DNA of 24,557 nt. Origin: a virus. Taxonomy: Duplodnaviria > Caudoviricetes. Location of the stretch: positions 1 through 24,557 of the IMG/VR virus record IMGVR_UViG_3300044966_000262; one strand, written 5' to 3'. Of this stretch, positions 15,883 through 24,557 are shown piece by piece. The first letter of the stretch is position 1. Each line of letters starts with the position of its first letter. Both the position numbers and the translations under genes were made by a program. Below the pieces are notes generated by a model, which saw nothing but the letters and a program-made list of their open reading frames with translations, did not search any database and was not told the origin of the DNA.

Positions 15883-16232
15883 GCCAGCACCTCCTGCACG
15901 GGGTCGGAGACGAGCCAGTCGCACAGCGCCTTCGAGATGGTGGCTGGCTGCGTCCACGCATCGTCGCGCTCGCACACGATCGAGAACCTCGCCTTGCGCT
16001 TGCCTCGCACGACCTCGATGAAAACCACCTTGCGCTCGCCGTCCGGCAAATCTTCGAGCGCAGGCTGCACCTGTCTCGCGTGGACCATGCCGATGTCGAA
16101 CGCGGCGATCACGAGTTCCGCCTCCAGCAGCGCCGACTCGTGCGTCGCCTTGAAGGCGATCACGACGCTCGTCAACTTCTTCCCGTCGCGCCAATGCTGG
16201 AAGTCGATCGACCACTTGGGCCTGCGTCTCAT
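15879..16232 (-). CDS. Hypothetical protein (117 aa)
   Basis: Start MRRRPKWSIDF; GGAGG RBS and ATGA coupling. Confidence 0.65.
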   Translation of the reverse strand: MRRRPKWSIDFQHWRDGKKLTSVVIAFKATHESALLEAELVIAAFDIGMVHARQVQPALEDLPDGERKVVFIEVVRGKRKARFSIVCERDDAWTQPATISKALCDWLVSDPVQEVLA

Positions 16233-16558
16233 TCCGTGCCTCCCATCGGGAACAGGGTCATCGCCGTCGCCGGGACGCACACGATCCGGGGACGCCCGGC
16301 CGTGCCCTTTCGGACACGGCCGGAGTCCACGATCAGCCCGAGCGAGCGGAGTTCGCTGCAACGCTTCCACCAGCAGCCGCCGACCCCGGCGACCGCAGCG
16401 GCCTCCTCGTCGGTGAGCCCGTCCGGGTGCTGCTCGAACGCACGGAGGATGGTCTCCCGCTGGGTGACCGCCGCCTCGCGGATGCTTCGATCCGCGTAAC
16501 TGCTGGTCCACGGGTCGGTGACACGGACGCACGCGATGTCAGAACGGGATTTCGTCAT
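16229..16558 (-). CDS. Winged helix-turn-helix DNA-binding protein
   Basis: 'TDPWTS', 'GLTDEEAA', 'KRCSELRSLGLIVDSG.R....GR' pattern of phage wHTH proteins. Confidence 0.7.
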   Translation of the reverse strand: MTKSRSDIACVRVTDPWTSSYADRSIREAAVTQRETILRAFEQHPDGLTDEEAAAVAGVGGCWWKRCSELRSLGLIVDSGRVRKGTAGRPRIVCVPATAMTLFPMGGTE

Positions 16559-17522
16559 CGGACAAGTCCTTGTGCGGCCCGGACTGCGCTGCGCTGGAGG
16601 CGACTGGGACGCGACGCATCTCGGTGATCTTGGCCTTCGCCGCCTTCGGCGCGTCGGCCGGGGGCTGCTCGACCACGATCGACACCTCGCTGCCGACGGC
16701 GTCGTGCAACGCCTCGAACAGGTCGGGGTTCCACACGTTGAAGCGGCCGCCGCTCGTCGTGACCGCCATGAACGGCGACCGCGACTTGTTGTTGGCGACC
16801 TTCTCCTCGACGCCCTCGATCACGACGGTCATGTACTCGCCGTCCCCGTCCCCCGCCGGGAGGGAGGAAGCACCAGCCGAAGCGGCGCTCCCTCCCCTTC
16901 CGGGGGACTGATCAGCCACGGCAGCAACCGGGGCCGGAGTGGATGGCTCGCGCATGGTAGCAGACTGGACCGCCACCTTGAGGGCCGTGAGCCCGGACGC
17001 CTTCGGCACCGACGGCTCCGGCGGCAGCGGCTTGCCCGCTCCCGGGATGGTCTCGACCTCGGTCTCGTCGAGGAACCCCAGCCCGCAGATGGAGAGCGTC
17101 AGTCGGCGCTTGGCCTTCGTCTCGCACTTCATCAGGGCGTTGGCGAGCGCCTCGCCCTTCAGCCCGCCGATCGAGAGGACCGCCGAGGACTCGTCCTCGC
17201 GCCCGGTCTTGTCCCGGCCGCGTGCCACGACCTCGAACAGGCCCATCTCGGCGATGTGCCGCCGCTCCAGCGCCAGCACCGACACCGAGTTGATCTTCCG
17301 CAACTGCTCGGAGCAGGCGCGGGTCGCGTAGCACACCAACTTCCCGTTCAGCGGGATGAACTCGAAGGGCCGCGTCAGCGGGTTGAGCCCGAGGCTCTCG
17401 CACAGGCGGTTGACGTACGACACGCGCTGCTCGGCGGTCAGCCGCGACAGGTCTCCGCCGACCAGCACCTGCTCGATCGACTGCGCGGCCGACTGGCCGC
17501 TGGTTCTCATCAGTTCAGACAT
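16539..17522 (-). CDS. RecT/Red-beta-like single-strand annealing protein with SSB-like acidic tail
   Basis: Start MSELMRT (327 aa) coupled to the exonuclease; 'CESLGLNPL', 'ALMKCETKAKRR..L...GL...DE.E' and C-terminal DDEIPF. Confidence 0.75.
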   Translation of the reverse strand: MSELMRTSGQSAAQSIEQVLVGGDLSRLTAEQRVSYVNRLCESLGLNPLTRPFEFIPLNGKLVCYATRACSEQLRKINSVSVLALERRHIAEMGLFEVVARGRDKTGREDESSAVLSIGGLKGEALANALMKCETKAKRRLTLSICGLGFLDETEVETIPGAGKPLPPEPSVPKASGLTALKVAVQSATMREPSTPAPVAAVADQSPGRGGSAASAGASSLPAGDGDGEYMTVVIEGVEEKVANNKSRSPFMAVTTSGGRFNVWNPDLFEALHDAVGSEVSIVVEQPPADAPKAAKAKITEMRRVPVASSAAQSGPHKDLSDDEIPF

Positions 17523-18372
17523 TGCAGTTCTCCTCTGCTTGGATGCGTGCGAGAGCCCACGACGGGATCCCGATCTCTGTGACGCCCTCGTACCCCTTCG
17601 GACCATCCGACAGGTAGGAGCGGTACTTCTCGACAAGCCTCATCATCGTCGGCTCGAATGAAGCAACTACTTCATCCTTGAACCGATACACGGCGACCGC
17701 GTGCGGTGCCGCCTTCTCCACCACCACGAACACGAAGTGCTTCGGGTCGAGCCCGCACAGGCGTGCCATGTGCAGGTAGAAAGAGCATTGCAGGCCGTAG
17801 CCGAAGTTCCACACCGACCGCTCGAACTCGTCCTTCGAGGCGCTGCCGCTGGTGGTCTTCACGTCCACGATGATTCCCTCTCCTCCGACCTCGACGTAGC
17901 GATCGAACCGTGCCTTCGCCTTGATGCCAGAGACCTCGGCGAAGAGCGAGAGTTCCGCCTGCCCTTCGAGTTCCCGGCATACCTGCGCTGCATCTGGGTT
18001 CGCCATCACGGCGGCGCTCATCGCCGCAACCTCGTCACCTTGGTCCGAGGTCAGCACGGTCTTGCTTCCCGTGGTCATCAGGAAGTTGTCGTAGATCGCC
18101 TTGCCTTCCTTGGTCCGGCGGTCAACCTTGGGTGCCTCGGCGAAGTCCCGGCCCCACAGGTGTGGTGTCAGGACAAGGCTGTGGAGCGCACGGCCGACGG
18201 CGAACGCCGGGCTGTCGGCTGGGTTGGCGATCTCGTGGGCGAGGTGCAGGCTGGTGGCACGGTCCAGCACCTTCAAACGCGATGCACTCATCGCGTCGTA
18301 CCCGTGGTAAAGTGCTTCGGGCAGGCCGCGCTCGATGTGCGGCCACGATTCAGGCTCGAATCTCAAATTCAA
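17515..18372 (-). CDS. RecE/exonuclease VIII-like PD-(D/E)XK exonuclease
   Basis: 'SASRLK', 'GRALHSLVL', 'DRRTKEGK', 'KARFD', 'IVDVKTT', 'YGLQCSFY', 'FVFVVVEK'; TTG start 8 nt after GAGGAG. Confidence 0.88.
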   Translation of the reverse strand: MNLRFEPESWPHIERGLPEALYHGYDAMSASRLKVLDRATSLHLAHEIANPADSPAFAVGRALHSLVLTPHLWGRDFAEAPKVDRRTKEGKAIYDNFLMTTGSKTVLTSDQGDEVAAMSAAVMANPDAAQVCRELEGQAELSLFAEVSGIKAKARFDRYVEVGGEGIIVDVKTTSGSASKDEFERSVWNFGYGLQCSFYLHMARLCGLDPKHFVFVVVEKAAPHAVAVYRFKDEVVASFEPTMMRLVEKYRSYLSDGPKGYEGVTEIGIPSWALARIQAEENCNV

Positions 18373-18388
18373 AGTGACTTCTCCTCTC

Positions 18389-18417
18389 GTGCCGTGTGGC
18401 TTCACAGCCCACGGCAC
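18389..18417 (-). other. Intergenic hairpin between regulator and exonuclease
   Basis: Plus GTGCCGTG-T-GGCT-TCAC-AGCC-CACGGCAC; GTGA (GNRA) loop on the minus strand. Confidence 0.55.
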
Positions 18418-18420
18418 TTC

Positions 18421-18618
18421 TCATTTCTTCTTGGCGGGTGCGGGCGAAGCGGCTTCGGCCGTCGCCTCCTTCAGTTCATGCTCGTACTGGTCGAGCAGCA
18501 TGGAGACGAGCGCGGACTGGGTCCATCGCCCGGCCCGGGCGAAATGCTCGATCCGCTGCTTGACGTGACGGGGAACCGTCAGCGTCGCGTGCCGTCGGGG
18601 GGCGGGTTGTGTGTCCAT
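18421..18618 (-). CDS. Ribbon-helix-helix (CopG/Arc-like) transcription regulator (65 aa)
   Basis: Start MDTQPAP after AAGGAGG; 'ATLTVP' ribbon, 'VKQRIEHFARAG' helix, 'TQSALVSMLLDQY' helix. Confidence 0.7.
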   Translation of the reverse strand: MDTQPAPRRHATLTVPRHVKQRIEHFARAGRWTQSALVSMLLDQYEHELKEATAEAASPAPAKKK

Positions 18619-18633
18619 GAGGCATACCTCCTT

Positions 18634-18655
18634 TCTGTGGTGAATGCACCACAGA
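18634..18655. promoter_or_regulatory. Operator-like palindrome 3 (perfect arms)
   Basis: TCTGTGGTG-AATG-CACCACAGA between the -10 box and the RBS of the RHH gene. Confidence 0.8.
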
Positions 18656-18658
18656 TAC

Positions 18659-18687
18659 AAGGTACGCACCACTCAGGCGGCTGTCAA
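18659..18687 (-). promoter_or_regulatory. Sigma70-type promoter for the RHH-recombination operon
   Basis: TTGACA (18687-18682), 17-nt spacer, TACCTT (18664-18659). Confidence 0.8.
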
Positions 18688-21600
18688 GGGCTCGGCTGGG
18701 TGGCTTTGCGGATTCTTTCGAGCCGCTCCAGTTCCGCCATCCGGCGGCGCTGGGCAGGGGTCAGGGTGCCTTCCCGCTCCCGCTTGCGGTACTCGGTGAG
18801 GAGCCTCGACGCCGGGGGACGGACCTGCTCCGCCGTCCGCACGATCGTCCTGATCGGGCTCACCACCGGGATGCCGCCCAGTTGCAGCGTGGTCCCGGTC
18901 ACGTCGGCGAACCCACGGGCGCGGTTGCGCCTGAGTTCAGGGATGCGAGCCCGCTCCGTCGGCGTGAGCGTCCCCTCGCGCTCCTTGCGTTCGTACTCCA
19001 TCAGGGTGGACGTTGCTTGCGTTGCGCCTGCTGCCTGCTTTGCGGCGTCGCCGATCATGCGGATGGCGAGCGGCTCCATCACGTCGTCGGCCATCTCCGG
19101 GCTTGACATCGCCGCCTCGACGAGGCCCGAGGCGATGATGCCGCTGTACCCGGCCACCGACGAGACGGCGTCCGCCGCCAGCCCCGAGGCCGAGTACTTC
19201 ATCTCGCGCTCCATCAGCATCCGGCGGATGATCTCCTCGTCCTCCTCGTCTCCGCCGAACAGGTTGGCGACGGCGAGCCCGGCGAGCGCCCACAGCGGGT
19301 TCACCGCAGCGGCAAGCGCCATGTTCCCGGCGATTCCCGCCGTCGTGCGCCCGATCTGCACCGGGTCGCCCGACATGATCGCACGACGCAACTGGTTGTG
19401 GCCCTTCAGCGGGTCCGACGAGAACGGGAACAACACGCGGCCGATGCCCTTGTTGAACTTGTTGACGGCCGCATACAGCGTGTCGTCGAGCGCGTCGCTC
19501 ACGTTCTGCGTCCTGCGGAAGGCATCCTCCGCCATCTGCGCCGCCATCCGGTCCACCTGCGCGTCGGCCATGCCCGGGTTCCGGCGCTTCAGGTCAGCAC
19601 GGAATCCCTCGAACGCGACCAGCATGATCTGCCGATCGACCGCACGGATCACGCCGTCGGCGCTCCGCGAGATCTTGCCGACGGTCATCGTCCCCTCTCG
19701 CAGCGCCTGCGCGGCACGCATGAAGTCGCCTGCCGCCGCCGACTCGCCGAGCGTCGCGAGGCTCCGGCCCGTCGCCTGCATCGCAGTCACCCACTGCTCG
19801 GTCCCGGTGCGCGGGTCGCCGATGACGTTGGCGAAGATTCCGATCTGGCTCCGGCGGTGGCGATCGTACAGGTATCCGTTCAGCCCCTCGATGTAGGCGA
19901 TCCGTTCCTTGCGCTGGGCCAGCGTCATCGCCAGCGACCGCGCCGATCCCTCGGCCAGCGCCGTCGGCGACATCTCGCTCGACAGCCTGAACGCGCCGCC
20001 CAACTGGCGGATCCACGTCTTCGGGTTGAGAGTGATCAGGGCACCCGACACGTTCGAGTTCAACTTCTCGATCAGGTCGTTCGTCGGCCGTCCCGACAGC
20101 CCGACGCCGTTCAGCACCAGTTTCCGCACGGCGTCGTTCGCGCCGTCGCCAAGCACCCGCTCCATGCTCGTCCGCACGGGCGTCGTCTTCAGGACGCTCA
20201 TCGCGTACCTGAGCGGCAGCGACAGGTGGATCAGCCGCAGCGACTCGTCAATGTGCGAGTCCATCGTCCGCATCAGGCCGGACACCACGAGCGTGGACCG
20301 CGCCGCGACGCGCTCCTTCAGGAACCCGGCGTTCGACAGCATCGTCGAGACCACCTGCGTCGGGTCCATGTTGATGTCGATGTTCGCGTCGCCGATCTCG
20401 TCGCCGAGGCGCTGGCGCGGGAAGTACCCGACCACCGTGTCCGGCTGGCGTCCGTTGATCTGGAAGTAGATCTCGAACGCCATCGGCCGGATGCGCTCTT
20501 CGAGGATCGCCTTCATGTCCTCGATCAGCGCACGCTGCTCGGCGGTCAACCCGGCGACGATCGCCGCGTGTTCCTGCTGCGTCAGCAGGATCGGGTCGCC
20601 CTTTCGGTAGGTCGAGAACACGATCGGCGAGCCACGGCTCTCCGGGTCGTTGGCGTCGGTCAGGAGCGACACCGTGTCCTCGTCGAACGCGGCGATATTC
20701 AGCATCATGTCCACCGGGATCATCCGGTCCACGCCGCCCATCCGCACCGTCACCGTCTCGGCGGACGTGTCCCCGTACAGCCCGGCGGCGCGGGCCGCAT
20801 ACCCGTCGTACCCGGCGTACCCGGCACGGCGCAGCGACCCGTCGATCGACTCGTCGATGGCCCGGCGTGCCACCGTCATGGCGTTCTTGCCAGCCTTCAA
20901 CTGGTTCCACATCTTGCCCAGCACCCCTGACTCGCCACCTTCGAGGCGCTGCATCAGGGTGTAGGCGTCCATGTTCATGAACTCGGTCAGCAACTGGCGG
21001 ACGATCCCGGGCTGCGGAGCCTGCGACGCCGTGGGCTGCGCCGGGAGCGGCGTCAACGTGTTGATCGTCGCGCCAAGCACCGCCGAGTCTGCGGCCACCT
21101 CCTCGGCACGCCCATCGCGCCCGGCCCGGTACTCCTCGCGTTCGAGGTCGAATGAATCCTGCGCGTTCGCGAGCGCCTGCCTCGCGGAGATGATCCGGTT
21201 CCGCAGGTCGATCGAGTCGGTGAACGGCAGCAGCCGCTTCTTGCCCGTCGCCAGCAGGCCGAACGCCGTGTCGAGTTGCGCCTTGATCGCGGCACGGGTG
21301 TCCGCCCGCAGACCGACCTTCTTCACCCGCTTCCGCAGGCGGTTGATGTCCGACACCGTCTCGATCGCCTCGGCGCGGTACAGATCCTGCATCACCCGGC
21401 GGGCGACCACGGCGACGCCGCTCGGCGTCCGCATCGTGGCGAGCGCATCGACATACTTGCCGCGCATCGAGCGAGGCAGCGACGAGATGATCTCCGCCGC
21501 CTGCTTGCGGATCTCGACCATCTCCTTCTTCGCCTCGGCCCATCCGGCGGCAGCGCCCTTTGCCTGCCCGGCGAACCACGCCCGCAGCGCCTTGCGCTCG

Positions 21601-24557
21601 GCACGCTCCGCCGCCTCGTCCCTCCGCAGTTCTGCCAGCCTGCGGGCACGCTCCATCCGCACGCGCAGCGCATCGTTGCGGGCGACCTCGCGGTCCAGCC
21701 GCTCGTTGAACGCGGCCATCCGGTTCTTGAACTTCGAGCGCAGTTCATCGCGCTTGGCGGCTGCCTTGGCCTGCTCGACATCGCGCACCTCGCGTGCGGC
21801 CATCTTGCGGCCCTTCATCACGCCAGCGACTTGCCCGGCACGGCGGCCGATCGCGAACGCCAGAGACGGCGCGTCGATCTTGCCGACCGAGCGCAGCCCG
21901 CGCAGCGCGGCCTTGAACTCCTTGCGTGCGTCGGCGATCTTCGCCTCGTCCCCGGTCTTGCGTGCCGCTTCGAGCGCGACGCGGGCGGCGGTCAGGCGCT
22001 TCCCGGCGTCCTTGATCTCGCCAGCCGGGACGCGGCGGCGGGCGGCGCGAAGGCCGGGAGCCTGCGTCGGACGCTCGTTGAAGATTGACTTGGCTTGGTT
22101 GGAATCGAAGATTCCGTAATTGATGACGCCGCGTTCCTGCGTAACGATGCCGTCATATCCGAGATTCCTGATGAACTCGACGAAGGTTGGTTCTTCAAGA
22201 ACGTCCCAATCGCCGCGCATAGCACGAAACTTCCAATCCTCAGTCGCTCCCCATTGGTTCAGGATGGTCTCTGCTTCTTCTGTATTTCTGACATCGAACG
22301 GCTTCCGAATGTTCAGATATACGGGAATCAACCGTGCCGAGTAATTGACTCGCTTGCCGTCAACCTCGCGATACTTCGCAAACGCGAACTCAGAGGCTAC
22401 GTCTGGCGATGTCGAAAAGAATGCAAGCAGCCCACCACGATCTTCGACCTTTCGACCGTAATCCTCAAACTGGTCGAAATCTTCCTGAGACATTGTCCCG
22501 TGGTACACGACCAGCGGCCTGCCCTGCTCGTCCACGACCTTGCTGTCGCCGAACCACGCACGCCACTCGGGCGTGAACTCGGAGAGTTCGCGGGGGCGGC
22601 GGGCCATGCGGATGTCCGTCTCTGCCACGTCGAAACGGCGCGAGAGCGGAATGACGTTGCCCTGATCGTCGTAGGTGAAGGGGTCGGCGGACTTGAACTG
22701 CTCCGGCCTGAACACGACGTAGTGCGTCGATGGCTCGGTCGGGTCGATCAGGTTCTTGAAGATGACACCATCATGTCCAGCGGCAATCGCTGCCTGAATC
22801 TTCGGCGTGAGCGCGAATTCGGCAGGAGTCTTGCCTTCAGCGTCATAGATCGCCGGGTTGTCGATCTTCGCCAGCAGGTGAAGAACGCGGCGGTTCGGCA
22901 GCGCGTCCGACACACGCTCATACAAGAACTGCGTCAGCGCATTTCGCGTTTCGCCTACTTTGCTCTGCGCTTCTTTCAGGCGCGGCGTGTTCCACCAAGA
23001 ATCCGAAGACCTTGCACTATTGACGAATTCGTCTAGTTCACGATTGCGAACAATTGGATCTGGCGACAGGATGTCAGCCAACTTGTCCGCGAATATCTGC
23101 CGTGTTTCAGCGGCCCGCGCATCGATTGCTGCTTGAAGTTCGTCCAAGGCATCCTGATGCACGGCCTTCAGGCGCTTGCCTTCATCCGTGTTCGCGGCCT
23201 CGTCTCGAAGCGCGGAAATTGGTCCGCCGAACGCAAGGTCGAACACTCCACCCATGCCGATGTTGCGCGAGTATTCCTCGGCGACCTTTGGGTTGTCCGT
23301 GGCGAACATCCCGATTTGCGCCGATTCCGCCCCGGTCTTGGACCCGCCCTTCTCGATGTCAAACACCGTGAAATTAGGACCGTTGGTCCCGTGGTAGACC
23401 TCGAACCGATATCCGGCAGCAGCCCCTGCCTCGATCGCCATCCGCTGCCCGGTCGCCGTATCGCCGCGTGCGGCGGCGGCTAGGTATTCGGCGTCTGAGG
23501 CGCGGCGGCGGGCGGAGACTGTGCCGGAGACGACTGCGGTCGGACCCCATCCGTACTTGGCATCGAAGTCGCGGTTGACGGCCTCGACACGGGAACGAAG
23601 ATCTGCGACCCGCTGGAGAAGATCGGGTCGCTGGGACTGAATTCGGCTTCGATAATCTTCACCATTTGGACTCCTCTGCCAGTCGTTTCCGATGTAGTCG
23701 CCATCGGAACGGAAACTGCGCGTCGTGACTGTACCACCGCCAAACGTGTCAGGCAAGGATTCGAGAACCTCTCGGACCCCACGCTGGAAGTCGGCGTTGG
23801 CAATGTCCGTGAAGTTCAGGATCCTCGCTCCGTCAGGGCGGTATGCGGGCGCAAGTTCCTGCGTGTTGAACTTGGCGATCACCGCCGAGTACAGCGCCTG
23901 CATCTCCTGCTGGTCGAGCGGACGTGCCGTCGTCAACTCGATGCCGTTGTGCCGGATCTTGGCGTCGTCGAAGACGGGCGTGTGGTAGACGACCGCGTCC
24001 TGCTCCATCACCAATCCGCGGATCGCGGCAGCGAGATCGAGCAGCGCCGTCGCCGCAGGCTTGATCTTTCGAGACTTGCCAGCCCCGGCAGACGGCACGG
24101 GCACGAACGTCTGCGCCCCGGCACCAATGTCGCCGAGCCACGCGCTGAACCCATCGACCGTCGTGCCCTGCGGCAGGCCGACCATGTCCGCGATGGCGTC
24201 GCGATTGTTTTCGGTCAGCGCCGCCTTGACGGCCTGCAAGTACTCGAACTTCTGCGCGAGCGGAGCGGCGTGGATGCCCGGCAGCGACCGCCCGGTCGAT
24301 GTGCTTGGCGTCGCCTCCCATGACATCTGCACCATGCGCTCCCGGAGCGCGTCGCTGAAGTCGTACTTGCTCTGCTCGATGTCCGCCGTGTTCAGCGCAT
24401 ACGCCATGCCCATCTCGTGGGCAAGCCTGTAGTGCCTGTACCTGTTCTCGGCCGGGATGACGAACTTCTCCGTCTCCTTCCCGGTCTTCTTGTCGATCTC
24501 CTTGGTGACGGTGCCGATCCCTTCCTCGATCTCGCGCTCGCGCAGCGCACCGCGGAT
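18684..24557 (-). CDS. Large polyvalent-type (probable ejected virion) protein with two tandem ADP-ribosyltransferase-like domains; 5'-partial, >1950 aa
   Basis: Frame checked open from 24413 to the window end. Two 'YHGT...F.(T/S).P.VA..(Y/F)...GxDG(V/I)...Y..F...Q.KS' modules (ART-PolyVal pattern), then a coiled coil and a long helical C-terminus typical of podophage internal proteins. Confidence 0.78.
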   Translation of the reverse strand: MRGALREREIEEGIGTVTKEIDKKTGKETEKFVIPAENRYRHYRLAHEMGMAYALNTADIEQSKYDFSDALRERMVQMSWEATPSTSTGRSLPGIHAAPLAQKFEYLQAVKAALTENNRDAIADMVGLPQGTTVDGFSAWLGDIGAGAQTFVPVPSAGAGKSRKIKPAATALLDLAAAIRGLVMEQDAVVYHTPVFDDAKIRHNGIELTTARPLDQQEMQALYSAVIAKFNTQELAPAYRPDGARILNFTDIANADFQRGVREVLESLPDTFGGGTVTTRSFRSDGDYIGNDWQRSPNGEDYRSRIQSQRPDLLQRVADLRSRVEAVNRDFDAKYGWGPTAVVSGTVSARRRASDAEYLAAAARGDTATGQRMAIEAGAAAGYRFEVYHGTNGPNFTVFDIEKGGSKTGAESAQIGMFATDNPKVAEEYSRNIGMGGVFDLAFGGPISALRDEAANTDEGKRLKAVHQDALDELQAAIDARAAETRQIFADKLADILSPDPIVRNRELDEFVNSARSSDSWWNTPRLKEAQSKVGETRNALTQFLYERVSDALPNRRVLHLLAKIDNPAIYDAEGKTPAEFALTPKIQAAIAAGHDGVIFKNLIDPTEPSTHYVVFRPEQFKSADPFTYDDQGNVIPLSRRFDVAETDIRMARRPRELSEFTPEWRAWFGDSKVVDEQGRPLVVYHGTMSQEDFDQFEDYGRKVEDRGGLLAFFSTSPDVASEFAFAKYREVDGKRVNYSARLIPVYLNIRKPFDVRNTEEAETILNQWGATEDWKFRAMRGDWDVLEEPTFVEFIRNLGYDGIVTQERGVINYGIFDSNQAKSIFNERPTQAPGLRAARRRVPAGEIKDAGKRLTAARVALEAARKTGDEAKIADARKEFKAALRGLRSVGKIDAPSLAFAIGRRAGQVAGVMKGRKMAAREVRDVEQAKAAAKRDELRSKFKNRMAAFNERLDREVARNDALRVRMERARRLAELRRDEAAERAERKALRAWFAGQAKGAAAGWAEAKKEMVEIRKQAAEIISSLPRSMRGKYVDALATMRTPSGVAVVARRVMQDLYRAEAIETVSDINRLRKRVKKVGLRADTRAAIKAQLDTAFGLLATGKKRLLPFTDSIDLRNRIISARQALANAQDSFDLEREEYRAGRDGRAEEVAADSAVLGATINTLTPLPAQPTASQAPQPGIVRQLLTEFMNMDAYTLMQRLEGGESGVLGKMWNQLKAGKNAMTVARRAIDESIDGSLRRAGYAGYDGYAARAAGLYGDTSAETVTVRMGGVDRMIPVDMMLNIAAFDEDTVSLLTDANDPESRGSPIVFSTYRKGDPILLTQQEHAAIVAGLTAEQRALIEDMKAILEERIRPMAFEIYFQINGRQPDTVVGYFPRQRLGDEIGDANIDINMDPTQVVSTMLSNAGFLKERVAARSTLVVSGLMRTMDSHIDESLRLIHLSLPLRYAMSVLKTTPVRTSMERVLGDGANDAVRKLVLNGVGLSGRPTNDLIEKLNSNVSGALITLNPKTWIRQLGGAFRLSSEMSPTALAEGSARSLAMTLAQRKERIAYIEGLNGYLYDRHRRSQIGIFANVIGDPRTGTEQWVTAMQATGRSLATLGESAAAGDFMRAAQALREGTMTVGKISRSADGVIRAVDRQIMLVAFEGFRADLKRRNPGMADAQVDRMAAQMAEDAFRRTQNVSDALDDTLYAAVNKFNKGIGRVLFPFSSDPLKGHNQLRRAIMSGDPVQIGRTTAGIAGNMALAAAVNPLWALAGLAVANLFGGDEEDEEIIRRMLMEREMKYSASGLAADAVSSVAGYSGIIASGLVEAAMSSPEMADDVMEPLAIRMIGDAAKQAAGATQATSTLMEYERKEREGTLTPTERARIPELRRNRARGFADVTGTTLQLGGIPVVSPIRTIVRTAEQVRPPASRLLTEYRKREREGTLTPAQRRRMAELERLERIRKATQPSP

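Noticed and set aside
17701-23036. Long plus-strand ORFs (17701-19896, 19398-20930, 20971-22119, 22095-23036)
   Set aside because: Antisense shadows of the exonuclease and the giant protein.
1-24557. Host assignment and lifestyle (temperate versus lytic)
   Set aside because: No integrase, att site, host gene or lysis gene lies in the window, so neither can be supported from this sequence.

Overview
GC-rich tailed-phage (Caudoviricetes) genome segment with no integrase, tRNA, CRISPR array or DNA polymerase visible. Left arm (minus strand, 1-8734): a packaging and head operon running small terminase, large terminase, a run of tiny Lys/Arg-rich genes, portal, FmdB-like protein, scaffold, major capsid, decoration protein and a partial head-tail adaptor. 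Centre (plus strand, 8792-13118): a divergent single-promoter operon of about 11 short unrelated genes. Almost every gene junction is a copy of one repeat (TGA-CACCACA...CGAGGA(GA)CAC..-ATG), so it reads as a repeat-punctuated cassette array. Right arm (minus strand): the end of a >1950-aa polyvalent-type virion protein with two tandem ADP-ribosyltransferase-like modules, then a ribbon-helix-helix regulator, a RecE-like exonuclease, a RecT/Red-beta-like annealing protein, small genes, a ~330-nt structured intergenic region, a RusA-like resolvase and a PD-(D/E)XK nuclease. Main observations: (i) the cassette array; (ii) an 18-bp palindrome TGTGGTG-N4-CACCACA at three promoters, whose half-site is also the core of the cassette repeat; (iii) a decayed junction inside an apparently fused cassette; (iv) microhomology-bounded ART modules; (v) a candidate structured ncRNA. 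All product calls come from reading motifs by eye, with no database searches, and Pfam names are from memory.
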